DNA of 64,000 bases from assembly GCA_051453625.1 (NCBI GenBank), contig JBOZIK010000001.1:9094070-9158069 (forward strand), in the 5' to 3' direction. Positions 25,501 through 39,797 of the stretch are shown in pieces; the first letter of the stretch is position 1, and every line of letters begins with the position of its first letter. Origin of the DNA: Welwitschia mirabilis (taxonomy: Eukaryota). The notes under the pieces are model-generated. The model was not told where the DNA came from. It saw only the letters and a program-made list of their open reading frames with translations, and searched no databases. The translations under genes were made by a program, and so were the position numbers.

Positions 25501-26924
25501 ATGCACCCATTAATGGAAAGTTATTTTTAAGGTTTCAATTGTGGTACTAAACGAGGTGATCATTTCTTGATTCTCTCATATTATGTATATCAATTGGTAT
25601 CATCATGTATTCTCTAGTAATTGGTATGATATTTTTTTTGTTATTAGAAACTTGTAGTAATTATTTATTATAATGTGAATTTTATTTCCTCCATTATTGC
25701 TTGCATCTGAGGAAGAGAAAGATTATGATATTGAAATTTTCAAGATGATAAATGCCTTTATATACTATATAATATATTAGTCTTTGTTGATGATTTCATG
25801 AAATGGATAGATTTAAAATAAGCATAGACTTAGGCGAGCATCAAAGAAAGTTTATTTGTCATCAATGATAAAGAGGAAGATTGTTGCATCTTCTAATTAT
25901 CAATTAATGATAAAATAAATTTTAAATAAGTTGAATCTAATGTTTATATTATTTGTATAGGCCTTGAAGAACATTTGGATGTTTGGAAACATAAAGAAGA
26001 AAGAGAAAATAAGGAAAAATCACTTGGATAGTTAGTTTCTTATTACTTAGATGTTGACCACCTATTACAGTTATGAGTGTAAGTTTTTAATAGGGGGTCG
26101 ACTACTTACTATTGAGGGGTCAGCCGCCCAATGTCACTGAAAATGAAATTTTTGATAGGGTACGACTACATACTTTAGGGGATTAACAACTTGAATACTT
26201 TTATAATACTTTATCTTCATGATGGGATCAACCAATCATGAATAGGATCGATTAAATAAGAGGCTGACTAGAATTAAGGAAGAGGTCAACTAACTGACAT
26301 ATAGCTGTAAGTAAAAATAGCCATTAAAAAGCACACTTAATCATTGAATAAAAGCATTGGAAGGATAAAGAACTATTTTAGAGATTTCAATAGTTACATA
26401 CCTTGGAATCATAGTTCATAATAGTTAGAAGTCATCCCTTATATAATCCAAGCATTACTATAGTTCTTTATAAGAATTGAATCTCTTACTATTTGGCCTA
26501 ATTATATAAAAACACATCTTTTATATTCTTTTTATTATTCTCTACCAACTCTACATTGTCTCTTATTATAGTTGAAACTATTTAATCTTGCTTAAAGGAT
26601 AAGGACTATCGTAAATTTCCATTATAAGTGGAGAACTACCACAAAGTCCCATTGAAGTGTAATTGAATGCTACACTAGAAGTAAGGAAAATAAACTTGTT
26701 TATTACCTTATTCCTATTTATTTTTTTTGTTTAGTTAATTTCATGTGCTAAGTCATTATATCCATTATTAATTGTATAAATTATTATCATAGTTAAATTG
26801 GCATTGGCTATTGTTTATATTTGATGCTAGATTACATTATGCAAACATAATATTAAATAAAATTGCAAAAATTACTTTTTCTATCCTATTCGTCCCCTCC
26901 CCTTTAGGATAGCTGATCCTAACA
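22596..26924 (+). mobile_element. Non-autonomous Sirevirus-like LTR element carrying only a gag remnant (TR-GAG-like)
   Basis: LTRs 22596-23535 and 25882-26924; PBS TGGTATTAGATC (23538-23549); PPT AAAGAGGAAGAT before 25882; TSD CCCCT/ACCCT (4 of 5 match); gag MESQSIKCLS*FDEDNYEIVKARI..WTIVEEGF and KQIWDYL*VTYEGT; no pol motif in the 2.3-kb interior. Confidence 0.85.
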
Positions 26925-28742
26925 ACCCTAAGGCGTATATACTTAATGAATTTATTCTTAGTTATAAGTTTAATATTATTTATCTATAAGAAATAAAAAC
27001 TTAGTTTATAAGTAATTTTCTTAGATTTCAAAAATATTAGGACATACATTATATTCCTTACCTTAGTAAATAGTTAGATGCACCTAAAATTAAAATTTCC
27101 TATTGGTTTAAAATATTTGGTATAGAATATTTATGGCTTATTTGTGAATCTATATAAATCTCAGAAAGTAGGGGAATGAATAAGACTATGAGATAGGCTA
27201 CAATAGAATATCATTAGCAAAAAGTACACTATTATTGAGGACTTTAATCAAATTCATTTTAAGTAAATAAAAAAAAAACTACAAAAAGTGTAACCAATAG
27301 GATCCCTAGAAATGGATAGCTTCATCTTCAACATTAATCTTGTTAATCTTCATATTCGTAAAACCTAGCTTAACTAATTCAATAAAAGTCAAATAAAGGA
27401 TAGGATTTTTTTCTAGAATAAATATAGATTTAATGTCTACAAATTGGTTTTCTAAAATAGAATGGATGTTAAAAAAATAAGGAACATGATGCTCTAAACA
27501 TAAACCTGTTTTCTCGTCTACCAATAATGATAAATCAAAAACTAACTAATTTGCATTTGAATTGGTCATGTTACAAGAGAAGGAAGTTGAAGATTTTATC
27601 AGCAATAACTAGAAAATCTATGAAAGAAATCCAATAAAAAACCTTCAAATAAATCTTACTTACCTAAAGATATGAATCAAAACTAGAGGAAATTCTAAAG
27701 GAATAAAATAGCTTATAAGAATGTGCTAAAGCAGGAGCTAACAGGCATTCAACTCAAATGAGATAAAGTAAATATCTTCAATTAGAAGAATAATAGAAAT
27801 TGTGAAAGCTTCATTTCAATAATATACAAGAGGAAATTTAGTGATGATAAATATCTTATATCAGTTGGCTAAACGATGGTAATAAACATATCAATTATGC
27901 TTTCAACATGGTTAATCTGAGGAAGAAATCCAACAAGATCTCCAAAATAAAGGCTAATGAAGAGACTATTTAAGAAGATGTAAATTTAAATGTCTTCATA
28001 GAAAACCAATAGCAATTATAGATAGTTGAAGGACATAAAAAAATTTCTTATAACTACAAACAATTATGGAAAGGGCACAAAGTTGTTATGTCTACTACTC
28101 AGTAGGAGATTTAGAATTTAGAATGTTATAATAATGATGAAAGTATGTAGGATTCTAAGTATAGATAGATGGACAATCAAATTTTTCATAAAGTTCTAGC
28201 CCCACCTAGGCATTCATCTTGCAAGAATCTTTAACTAAGTTTTAAATACAAGTATAATTCCACATAGTTGAAATACTAATAATTATCTCATGATTCCAAA
28301 AAAAATAGAGGCACCAGAGGTTTGGGACTATAGGCCAATTGGTATGTGCAATGTCATCTACAAAATATTTTTCAAAATCTTAGTTAAAAATATTAGACTA
28401 TTTCATTTCTCAATAATAAGAGGGAATTAAGCTAGAATCTTTAAAGGCAAATGAATTCTAAACTAAGCCATTCTTAACCATGGAATTTTTCATTTCCTTT
28501 CTAAGGAAAGAATCAAGAAGTTGTATTCTCAAAATTTATATTAAGAAATAAAGTTTACAACAATATTTCTAAAAGTTTCTTGAACATGTTTTAAAAAAGA
28601 AAGACTTATAAGAAAAATTATCAAGCTTATTTTTCATATACAAAGTTTAGCAGGATTTAGCTTCAAGATCAATTAACAGCTTCATGGATGCATTTCCACA
28701 AGAAGAGGTCTAAGATATGAATACCCTTTAGCTCTCTATTTA
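26925..28742 (+). mobile_element. Host L1 LINE segment 2: ORF2 endonuclease and start of RT
   Basis: TAATG stop/start overlap at 26944-26948; IYL*EIK (LQETK), EDFNQI (GDFN), DYRPIGMCNVIYKI, RRGLRYEYPLALYL ending at the Sirevirus TSD. Confidence 0.85.
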
Positions 28743-29929
28743 TGTTAAGTTAATTTTTTACCAAGTTGATGTCAAACTAACATTTTCTGATATAGCAACA
28801 TATGTTGTATTTCTTATAGAAAATATTAATCCTTGTAGCTCAGAAGTAACTGACATTTTTCACTAGCTATGCGTGAACCTAATAAGTAATAGATCTCTTA
28901 AGGGGTCGACCGGATTCCTAAGAGTTTGACTAAACCTATACAAAAAATTGTCAAATCTTTTCTTTAAGAGGTTAACGAGATGTTTGAGGGGTCAACTGGA
29001 CCTGTGCAAACATTGTTACATCTATTTTCATAAGGGGTCAACTAGACTAAAATGTGATCGCCTGGACCTAGATATATGGAATCAACCAAATCCTAAATGA
29101 GGTTAACTTGANNNNNNNNNNNNNNNNNNNNNNNNNNNNNNNNNNNNNNNNNNNNNNNNNNNNNNNNNNNNNNNNNNNNNNNNNNNNNNNNTGGATGTTT
29201 CAAGAGGTCGAATGATCATAGTGGAAATAGAATTTCTCAGTCTATTTTCTAGCCATGCCTTCCTATTTTTAACCATTGGAATATCACATTCACTTATGAA
29301 ACCCTAAAATTCTTCTTCTATATAAACCATAGCCATCAAAATCATAAAAAACATTTTTGGTTAACCAAAATCAAAAAATTATTCTTTCACTATCACTTTT
29401 TTGGTCAATCAGGTTATACTATATGTACTTGAATGTGTAACATCATTTTTAGATAGTGTAATACTATCTTTATTGTACTTTAGATCTGGTAAATCCTATG
29501 CATCATGGCACAATATTGACACCAAAAGACATTTATTTAAAGATTAAGACTAAGACTCCAAAAGGTTGATTGTAAAGGTTATGGATTAACTTGATAAACT
29601 TGAAAAGTAAGTAATAAGGACACAAATCAGCCTTGGATAGAAGCTGATTGCGGAGAGTGGAATAGTGGATTTCTCCAATCACTATAAATATTGTGTTTGT
29701 CAACCTTCATTAGTATTTTCTAGTTTTAATTATTTTTCTTTCAATAGTATTTTGTTATTTAGTATACATAAATATTTTTACAGTATTCAATATTTTGTGA
29801 AGATAGGATTTTAATTTATTTTTAATTTATTTATTCTCTTCTTGTAGGATTCTAAATCCAACATTTGGTATTAGAGTAAGGTTGAGTCATTTGTAGATCC
29901 TAATAGATCTTAACTTCTAAACCTCAACT

Positions 29930-32900
29930 ATGAGTAATCTTTCTGATGGCCTCTCTATCGGAAGATCACCATGTTTAATGGGACCAACTATGCTTACTAA
30001 AAGGCCCAAATGAGTATCTTTCTTAGATCCTTAGATGTCGACATAAAGGAGGTAATCTACAATGGATACGTTGTGCCCACACTATTCAAAAATAATACTA
30101 ATGAAACCACTATAGTTGTTGAGAACTCTTGAGACCAATGAACCCTTACTAACAAAGATAAGGAAATCTTAGATGTCATGCTCTTAATGCTATTTTTTGT
30201 TTAATTTGTACAAATGAATTCAAGAGGACTGTAAACTATTAACATGCCAAGAAATCTTGGGATATACTTGAAATCATACACAAAGGAACATTCACTATAA
30301 AATAGACAAAGCTATAGATGCATATCTCTAAGTTTAAAGATATTTGTATGGAAGAAGAAGAGAACTGACAAGAGTTTTTTTCTAGACTAACAGACATAGT
30401 AAATTCTATGAAAAGCCTAGGTGAGAAAATAGATAAAGAAAAAGTATTACAAAACATTCTAAGATCTATTCCAAAATGCTTTAAGCCAAAGTTCAGGGCT
30501 GTTGATGAAAGCAAGAACATCAATTGAATGGCATTAGAGGAACTACAAGGTAATCTTCAAACTTATGAGTTAAAGTTTTGTAAAGATAAAAAGAAAAGTC
30601 TTACATTAAAAAGTGTGCAGAAACGGTCCAGATTTGAAAAATCAGATGAAAACCTTAGTGAAGATGAGGTTGCTCTTTTAGCAAGAAGATTCAAAAAGTT
30701 CTTCCATAGAAGAAATGAAGATGATGAACCAAGCAAGGAACCAAATAGAGATCTTTAAAACAAAGAAGAGATCCAGAAAAAGGAAAAGAGATTGGTGCTA
30801 TGCATGTAAGGAATACATACATGTTGTAAATGAATGTCTAAATAATATAAGAGATAAGAGAAAGTCCAAGGCATCGTCCTTCATTGCCATCTGGGATAAT
30901 GTAGATGGAGAAGAAGATAATATCTCAACTCAAGAGTCAAACAGAGATAGAAGACTTTCTTTCATGGTAATAGTCCCTTCCATGAAAAACATGTCATGCT
31001 CAACTAAATTAAATGATCTAAACCTTATTGAAGAAGGTCAAAAAAAGCTAGAAGATACTTGTCAAGAACTCTATTCAGAATGTGAAAAACTAACAAAATG
31101 GATTGACAAATTAAATAAGATTATGAAGGCTCTGAATAAAGAAAATAAAGAGTTGGAGACAAAGTATAGGATGGTTCAAATAGAAAACACTGAGCTAACT
31201 CAAGAGATAAAAATATTGTCTCATTTTGTAAATAAATTTTCAAATAGTTCAAGAAAATTAAAATAGATGTTTGGGATATGAAGACCAGTCCATGATAAGA
31301 AAGGTATTGGCTTTATCTTTAAAAAACCATGTAGTTAATTGAATAAGGAAATATGGCAAAATAACTTAAGTTAAAGATTACCTATCTTTTTTATGGAAAG
31401 ATAAGTAGTTTAAAATTCTTTTGCAATGTTAGAAAGATAATGTGTTTTTCAAGCTGTGTTAGTACTTTTCCATTTAAATTTATCCCAAGGGGGAGTGTAC
31501 CACAACAGTCTAAACAGACTAAGTGGATAAGCATGAATAACAAATGGAACTTGCTAGTACATGGATAGTGGATGTTCTTAGCACATGATAGGTGAAAAAT
31601 CAAGATTCCGACATTTGGATGACTTTGATAGAGGAGAAGTAACTTTTGAAGATAATGAAAAAACAAAAATTGAAGCATTGGAAGCATCATGCCTAAAATT
31701 AATGAAGTTTTATATGTGACTGATCTTAAACATAATTTGCTGAGTATTAGCTAGATTAATAAAGGTTATAAAGTTATTTTTTATAGTAAAAAATGTGAAG
31801 TTAAACACAACAAAACAAATGACGTTCTTCTTAAAGCAAATAGAATAGACAAAGTTTATAGCATTGATCAATCCTTACCTGCTTGTTATTTTTATCATAT
31901 AAATCAAGAAGAATTATAGTAGCAACGATTAGGCTGTGTAAACTATGACCATTTTAAAATCATCATTGAAAAAGGGATTATGAAAAGAATCCCTAAGATC
32001 AATATTGATAAACATGGATTGTGTGATGCTTGTCAAAAAGAAAAACAAGTTAGAACTTCTTATAAAAGTAAAAACTTAGTCTTCTCAACAATGCCACTTA
32101 AACTCATTCACATTGACTTAGTGGATCCTATTTAAACTATAAGTATAGAGGGAAAACGATAGTTTTAACTATGATGGATGGATTTTTTAGATTTAATTGA
32201 ATTGCTTTCTTAGGAAATAAAGCTAAGAGCTTCAACATTTATGTTAAAATCTATAACAAAATCCATAATAAGAAGGAATATGCTATTAAAAAAATTAGAA
32301 GCAATCATGAAGCAGAATTTGAAAATCATCTTTTTGAGAAATATTATGTGGACAATGGTGTATCACATTAGGTTTTAGCCCTAAAGACTCCACAACAAAA
32401 TGGAATTATAGAAATAAAAAATAATCAGATCCTTTAAGAGATGGCAAGAGTGATGCTAAATGATAAGGAAGTATCTAAAATGTTTTGGGCTAAAATAGTA
32501 AGTACTGCATGCTACATTATCAACAGAGTGTATCTAAGACCAGTTATAAATAAAATCCTTTATGAACTTTAGAAAGGAAGAAAGCTAAATGTATCATATT
32601 TTAAGGTCTTTGAAAGTAAATGTTTTATCTTAAAAGATAAAAAACATTTGAGGAAATTTAAGTTCAAAACTAATGAAGTAATTTTTTTAGGATGCTCAAC
32701 TAGAAGTAGCACATACTAGATATTCAATAAATGAAATATAATAGTGGAAAAATTTATAAATATTTAAATAGATAACTTTAATACTAGACTTCTTTCCTCA
32801 TGTGGTGAAAAAAATCCTACTCCAAGTATCTTCACTATAAAATAAATAACAAGTAAAAAAGGATCATCTCAAGAGGTTATATCTAAAAAGTTTAGAGAAC

Positions 32901-34382
32901 TAAAAGATCATCTACTTGAGTCTGTTATTGAAGATGTAAGCTCAAAAATTCACACTAGCAACTTCTTAAAAATTTTTTTACCCACATTGATTATGTTTCT
33001 CAAATTGAACCTAAAAAGTTTAAAGAGGTTGAGCCTCTTGAAGAATCGATAATGACTATGCAATAAGAACTTTAATAATTCAAAAGAAATAATGTTTGGA
33101 AACTAGGAAAAAGACTAAAAGATCAAAATGTAATTAGGACAAAATTGATCTTTAAGAATAATTACAATGAATATAATAATATAACTAAAGATAAGGCTAG
33201 ATTAGTGGCTCTAGATATAACCCAATCAAAGGAATATATGTAGGAGATACATTTACTCCATTGATCAGACTGGATATTATTAGAAAGTTTCTCTCCTATG
33301 TATCTTTTAAAAACATTAAAGGATTTCAGATGGATGTGTAAAGTATGTTTTTAAATGGAACTATTAACAAAGATACTTATGTGGAAAAACTATAAGGTTT
33401 CATAGATCCTCATAAATCACACCATGTTTATAGACATAAAAAGGCTTTATATAACTTAAAATAGGCTCTAAGGATTTGGTATGAAAAACTAGTAACATTT
33501 CTTAAAGAAAATGGTTACACTCATTGAGCTATAGATAAAAATTTGTTTATCAAAAATCTTAAAGAAGACTTTATCATCATTTAAATCTATGTTGATGACA
33601 TAATTTTTGAAGCCTCAAAAGAGGATCTCTTAAAATAATTTGCTAGTATTATGATCACATAATTTAAAATGAGTATGCTTAATGAGGTTTACATGTTTTT
33701 AGATCTATAAAGTGAACAAATAAAACATAGAATTTTTTATCTCTCAATATAAATACTCAAGGGAGTTGATTAAGTAATTTGGACTAGAAAATGCAAAATC
33801 AACTAATACACTTATTTTAACTTCTTATAAGGCCAGTCTAGATCATCATGGAAAATTAAGGGATTAAAAACTTTATAGAAGTATGATAGGAAGTTTATTG
33901 TATTTAACTACTAATAGACCTAACATAGTATTCAGTGTTGTTGTATGTCCAAGATATCAGAATCAACCAAGGAATCCCACCTCCAAGGTGTCAAAAGAAT
34001 TATAAGATATATAAAAAACATAAGTAATTATGGGACATGTATCTTGTAAAAAATTCTTTTGAGCTTATAGGTTTTAGTGATGCAAACTACGTTGGTTTCA
34101 AGGAGGATAAAAAAAGCATCAATGGAAAATATTTTCTTTTAGTATTATTTTGGATAGGATGGACAAGTAAGAAGTAAAATTCTATCTTTTTTTCATAGAA
34201 AAAGTAGAATATATAAGTCCAGGAAATTGTTATATCCATCTTCTATGGATGAAGGAGATACTTAAAGATTTTGAAGTTAATTTTGAATACATCGTAATTT
34301 TTTTTGATAATACTAGTGTAATTAATATTTCAAAAAATTGTGTTCAACATTATTGAATTAAACATATTAAATGAAGATACCA
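29930..34382 (+). pseudogene. Sirevirus gag-pol pseudogene (gag, PR, INT, RT, RNase H)
   Basis: FNGTNYAY*K, LEELQGNLQTYEL, VALLARRFKKF, *YMDSGCS*HMIG (31555-31596), GLCDACQK, TPQQNG, KARLVA, IYVDDIIF; many stops and frameshifts. Confidence 0.93.
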
Positions 34383-34482
34383 NNNNNNNNNNNNNNNNNN
34401 NNNNNNNNNNNNNNNNNNNNNNNNNNNNNNNNNNNNNNNNNNNNNNNNNNNNNNNNNNNNNNNNNNNNNNNNNNNNNNNNNN

Positions 34483-36720
34483 AAAATGAGAAAGGATACA
34501 CTATTAAAAGGATTAGAAGTGATCATGGAGGAGAATTTGAAAATCATATTTTTTTGAAATATTATGTAAACAATGGTATATAACATCAGTTTTTAGCCCC
34601 AGAGACTCCATAAGAAAATGAAATTGTAGAAAGAAAAACCTGAGTCCTTCAAGAAATGGCAAGAACAATGCTAAATGATAAGGAAGTGCCTAAAACATTT
34701 TGACCTGAAGCAGTAAGTACTACATGATACATTATTAACGGAGTCTATCTAAGACCAGGTATAGATAAAACCCCTTATAAACTTTGAAAAGGAAGAAAAT
34801 CAAATGTATCATATTTCAAGATCCTTGGAAGTAAATGTTTTGCCTTAAAAGATAGAAAACATTTGAGTAAATTTGAGTCTAAAGCTAATGAAGTAATCTT
34901 CTTAGGATACTTAACTAGAAGTAGAGCCTACTGAGTTTCAACAAATGAAGTCTAATAATAGAATAATCCATAAACATTCAAGTAGATGACTTTAGTATCA
35001 GGCTTCTTTCCTCAAGTGGTGAAGAAAATCTTATTTCAAGTATCTTCATAGTAAAAGAAGCAACAACTAAAATAGAAGAAGAGCCATATCAAAAGGCTAC
35101 CTCTAAAAAGTTCACAGAGCTAAAAGATCACCCACTTGAGTATATTATTGGAGATGTAAGCTTAAAACTTTGTACTAGAAACTCTCTCAAAAATTTTTAT
35201 GCCCACATTTGTTATGTTTCTCAAGTTAAACCTAAAAAGTTTAAAGAGGCTGAATCTATTGAAGAATGGATGATGGCTATGCAAGAAGAACTTCAACAAT
35301 TCAGAAGAAATGATGTTTGAAAACTTTTAGAAAGACCAAAACATCGAAATACAATTAGAACAAAATGGATCTTTAAGAATAAGTGTGATGAATACAACAA
35401 TGTGATTAAAAACAAGACAAGATTAATGGCTCAAGGATACAACCAAATCAAATAAATAGATGTAGAAGACACATTTGCTTCAGTGGCTAGACTAGATAGT
35501 ATTAGAATGTTTCTATCTTATGCATCCTTCAAGAATATCAAAGTTTTTCAAATAGATGTGAAAAGTGCCTTTTTAAATGGAAATCTCAATGAAGAAGTTT
35601 ATGTGAAACAACCACAAGGTTTCATAGATTCATACAAACTAAACCATGTCTTTAGACTCAAAAAGGATTTGTATGGTTTAAAACAAGCTCTAAGGGCTTG
35701 GTATGAAAAATTAGCAACATATTTTAAAGAAAATGGTTACAGCCATAGAGCTATGGATAAAACTCTATTTGTCAAAAATCTTAAAGAAGACTTTATCACC
35801 ATTTAACTATATGTTGATGACATAATTTTTGAAGCCTCAAAATAATATCTCTTAGAAGAATTTGTTAGCATTATGATCATGTATTTTTAAATGAGTATGC
35901 TTGGTGAAGTTTGCATGTTTCTTAGTCTTTAAATTAAACAAACAAAATAGGGATTTTCATCTCTCAATCCAAATACTCAAGGGAATTGATTAAGTGATTT
36001 GGACTATAAAATACAAAATCAACTAACAGATCTATGTCAACTTCATGTAAGGTTAATCTTGATGATCATGGAAAATCTATGAGCCAAAGACTTTATAGGA
36101 GTATGATAAGAAGTCTATTGTATTTAATTGTGAGTAGACATAACATAATACTTAATGTTATTGTATGTGCAAGATATCAGAATCAACCAAAGGAATTACA
36201 CCTCCAAGTTGTGAAAAGGATCATAAGATATATAAAAGGCATGAGTGACTATGGGCTATGGTATCCTATAGAAACTTCCTTTGAGCTTATAGGTTTTAGT
36301 GATGCAGACTAGGCTAGATGTAAAGATGATTGAAAAAGAACCAATGGAAATTGTTTTCTTCTAGGATCATGTTTGGTAGGATGGGTAAGTAAGAAGCAAA
36401 ATTATCTCTCTCTTTTCATAGCAGAAGTAGAATATATAGCTATAGAGAGTTGTTGTACCCATATTCTATAGATGAAGGAAATGCTCAAAAATTTTGGAGT
36501 TAATTTTGAATAGTTTCCAATATCTTATAATAATACTAGCGTAATTACTATCTCAAAAAACCCTATTCAACATTCTCAAACTAAATGTTGTAAACTAAGA
36601 CACCATTTCCTTAGAGATCAAGTAGAAAAAGTTAACATTTCTATGAACTTTGTAAGCACTGATAGATAACTAGCTAATAAATTTAATAATTTTTGAGACT
36701 TCATCATAAATTAGAATTTG
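34483..36720 (+). pseudogene. Second copy of Sirevirus INT(core)-RT-RNase H
   Basis: IKRIRSDHGGEFEN, ARLDSIRMFL..FQIDVKSAFLNG..LYGLKQALRAWYE, YVDDIIF, LIGFSDAD, KNPIQHSQTK; colinear with 32267-34382. Confidence 0.93.
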
Positions 36721-37102
36721 TCTCTCCATTCTTCAACTAAAAGAAAGACAGTCGACTAGATCTTACATTTGGTCGATTGAATATAGAAAACTTAAGTCAA
36801 TCAAATTTTATCTAATCACTCATACTTTCCCAGAATAGATCCAGCCTAAGTCGAGTCAATTAAACTAAAGTCTGAGTTGATCTAACTTAGAAATGTTTTG
36901 ACTCGCATCTCAATAGATTGACTGAACCTATAGGATTATAGTATGGAAGAAATGCAATGGACCTAAGTTTTTTCTTAGATTCACCTTAGTTTTCCCCTTT
37001 TATAAAATCTTGTGAAGCCTTACCTTTCTTATTTCCACTTGTCTACCTGTATCTTTCAAATGTAGCTGTCTTCTTCCATTTTCTTTATTTTCAGCAATTG
37101 CC

Positions 37103-38215
37103 ATGAGTTGTCAAGTAACAAAGGGTCCCTCTAGAAGAGCTCGATGGAAGGAGCTTGCAAGCAAAGATCTTGGATATTTTTACTCTAGAATGTCAGATAA
37201 AGCCCTCGATAAGTTTAGTGCAAAGTTTAAAAAAAATCCTATCTATTAGGAGAGGTCAATAGCTTCAAGGAAACTTAGAGAACTTAGGAATGTAATGAGA
37301 CTCCTCAATGATCTCACGTCCATGATCGATCAAGACGTATATGATAATATGGTGTAGCAACTTAATGCATATGGTATCTCTCTTATTTTCTTAAGGTTTT
37401 TAGGTATACCTATTCTTTTCTTACTTGCATGTTCTACTTTAATGCTTCTTTCAATCCAAACTCCTCTATCCTTATGACTCTTGTGTTGGGGAAAATAATT
37501 CGAGTAATTGCAAATTGAATAGAATCCCTTATAAATATTCTTAGAGAATATTATAAGGAATTTTGGACCTTGAATGATTTTATGGAATACAAGACAGAAA
37601 TCACTAAAGAATTCTATGGAAACTCAATCGGTGGAAAACTACCCTTTCCACCTTCCATCTTACTCTAAAATATCATTTTCTTTATTTAGTTTTTACTTAC
37701 AATTTTTTACCTCTTGCTGATCATCGTGATGAGACCTCAAACTATCATGCTTATTTGTTGTACTTGGTAGGAATTCATCACTCCATTGATGCTCCTACCA
37801 TTATTCTTAAGAATATTGTCTCTTAGTTAGAATATCATAAAACTAGGGATTTTCCTTACTCCATCCTAATTGCAAATATATGTCATCATTTTAGGGTCTA
37901 AATGCATCCCAAACATGAACCTTAACTCCTATCTACCATTGGATGTGCTACTCTGTCTGCATGTATATTTTTTCTGGATCTAAGAAATATTCAAAGTTTT
38001 TACCTCTAAAGTGCCCCCTCCCCCCTAAAAAGACTCTATCATACCTCAAGAGGCTAGATTCTTGAACTTGGCATATGACAGAGGCACTCATTGTAACAGG
38101 ATACAAGATTGCAGATACGTCTGAGGAAGTTAGTAGCTCTGTAAAAAAGGTAGAAGAAGAAGAAGATGATGATGACCTAGATTCTAAAGAGGAGGAAGAA
38201 GAAGAATCTAATTAA
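37103..38215 (+). pseudogene. Sirevirus env-like extra ORF (plant transposon protein / Transposase_32-like domain), degenerate
   Basis: Lies between RNase H and the PPT region; FSAKFKKNPIY*ERSI, VYDNMV*QLNA, YNFLPLADHRDETSNYHAYLLY..IDAPTIILKNI, FPYSILIANICHHFRV and an acidic C-terminus. Confidence 0.75.
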
Positions 38216-38309
38216 TTGTGTTTGCTTTCTTAGTTGTTATGGTTGTTTTGTTTTTTTATTAGTACTTTCCTTTTTCTCTCCTTTGTTATTGATTACTACA
38301 AGAAATATA

Positions 38310-38600
38310 GGCTTTTAAGGCGTTTTTAAAATGCTTTAAAAGGCCATAAAAAATTCCTTAAGATGTTTTAAGGCATTTCTTCACAAAACGCTTTAAAAAG
38401 CATCACCTTAAAAGCCCACAACCTGTTAAGACATTTCGAAGGTGTTTGAATAAAAATGCCTTAAACAAGTCTTTTAAGGCCTTTGTTTTGTAAAATGCCG
38501 CCAAAAGATTTTGAGGCATTTATCTAATAAAATGCCTTAAAAAGGATAACATTTTGAGGCATTTTATTAGATAAACACCTCAAAAGCTATAACTTTTGAA
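38310..38600. repeat. CACTA left subterminal repeats
   Basis: Many direct and inverted copies of TTTTAAGGCRTTT / AAATGCCTTAAAA. Confidence 0.9.
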
Positions 38601-39797
38601 AAAAAAAAAAGATTACTACAGAATGGTTAAAAAATGTTGCCTTCAAAATTGACAATCTAGGCTCCCACTTGTGTTCTTGCTTACCCTTTCAATTTCAAAT
38701 TCTATCCTTTCTCTGCGAAGGGCCTAATTACATGGTTAAATAGAGACATTTGGCTCCAATAAAAGCAAGATCATTGTAAAAAATGGCTTTACAATCTATA
38801 AATCATAATGGACTTGCCCTCTTATTATAGGCTCTCAAAATAGGTTAGTAGCTTTTTGCAATCACACATTCATCATGGGGATTATCCCCCTTATTTAAGT
38901 CTCTATATTCTATTAACATTTCACAATTATTACTGAGGTGATTATTAAGAAAATGCATTGTTTTGTCCATGTTGTACAGCCATTTAAGTTTGGGACTTTA
39001 TTGTTATTATATTTCTCTTTCTTTTATTACATTTTGATATATCTTGAGCTTATTATTATATCCTGTATCCCTTAAAACCTTTCCTTTTCTTATATTTACA
39101 TAAATTGTTCTCATTACTCTCTTTGATTACTATTTTCCCTATTGAGAATAGAGAGAGAAGGGTTTTGTATCTTATTGGGTTATTCTTTGAGTTTATTTAG
39201 CTTTCTTATGATATGTTGCTCTCGGCAGATAATCAAGATGATGAAGATTACTTCCTTTAGCCAGACATTTTCAAATCAGAAAGGAAATATAGCTTATTCA
39301 CCTTTTTAGAAAAGAAAAGATTAGCTAGTTGTTACAACCTATTCTAACTGGGGCTAAAGGCTCTAGAAATTCATCCTAAGATCATTTGCAATTGCTGTTT
39401 TCTTTTCCAAGTTGTCACTTGACCTCTGCTCCTCTCCCATAATATTTAACCCCTTCTTATATTTATATCTATTAAAATGTGTCAAATTTTTTCCTCTTAG
39501 GTCTTGTGTCTATGAGTCTCTACAGATTTGATAGTACATTGTTCTATCATTGTCCATATTTGACTATAAGAAACTTAAGATTTAACCTTCAATAATTTAT
39601 AAGATAGATATAATTTTTAGTTTGTTAAAAATTCTTGGTTGTAGTGCCAGCCCTTTTAAGTTGACATCATGAAGACAAACGGATAAAGCAAACATGCAAT
39701 TGATGATACTTACCAAGAAGCTAATTATTTAAAGAATTGAGTGAATCTTTAATGTTTCTTAATTATTTCAAAATGATAATGAATATCACACACTAAC

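Noticed and set aside
38310-38600. CRISPR-like appearance of short repeated units
   Set aside because: Irregular spacing, both orientations and position next to CACTA termini identify them as subterminal repeats.
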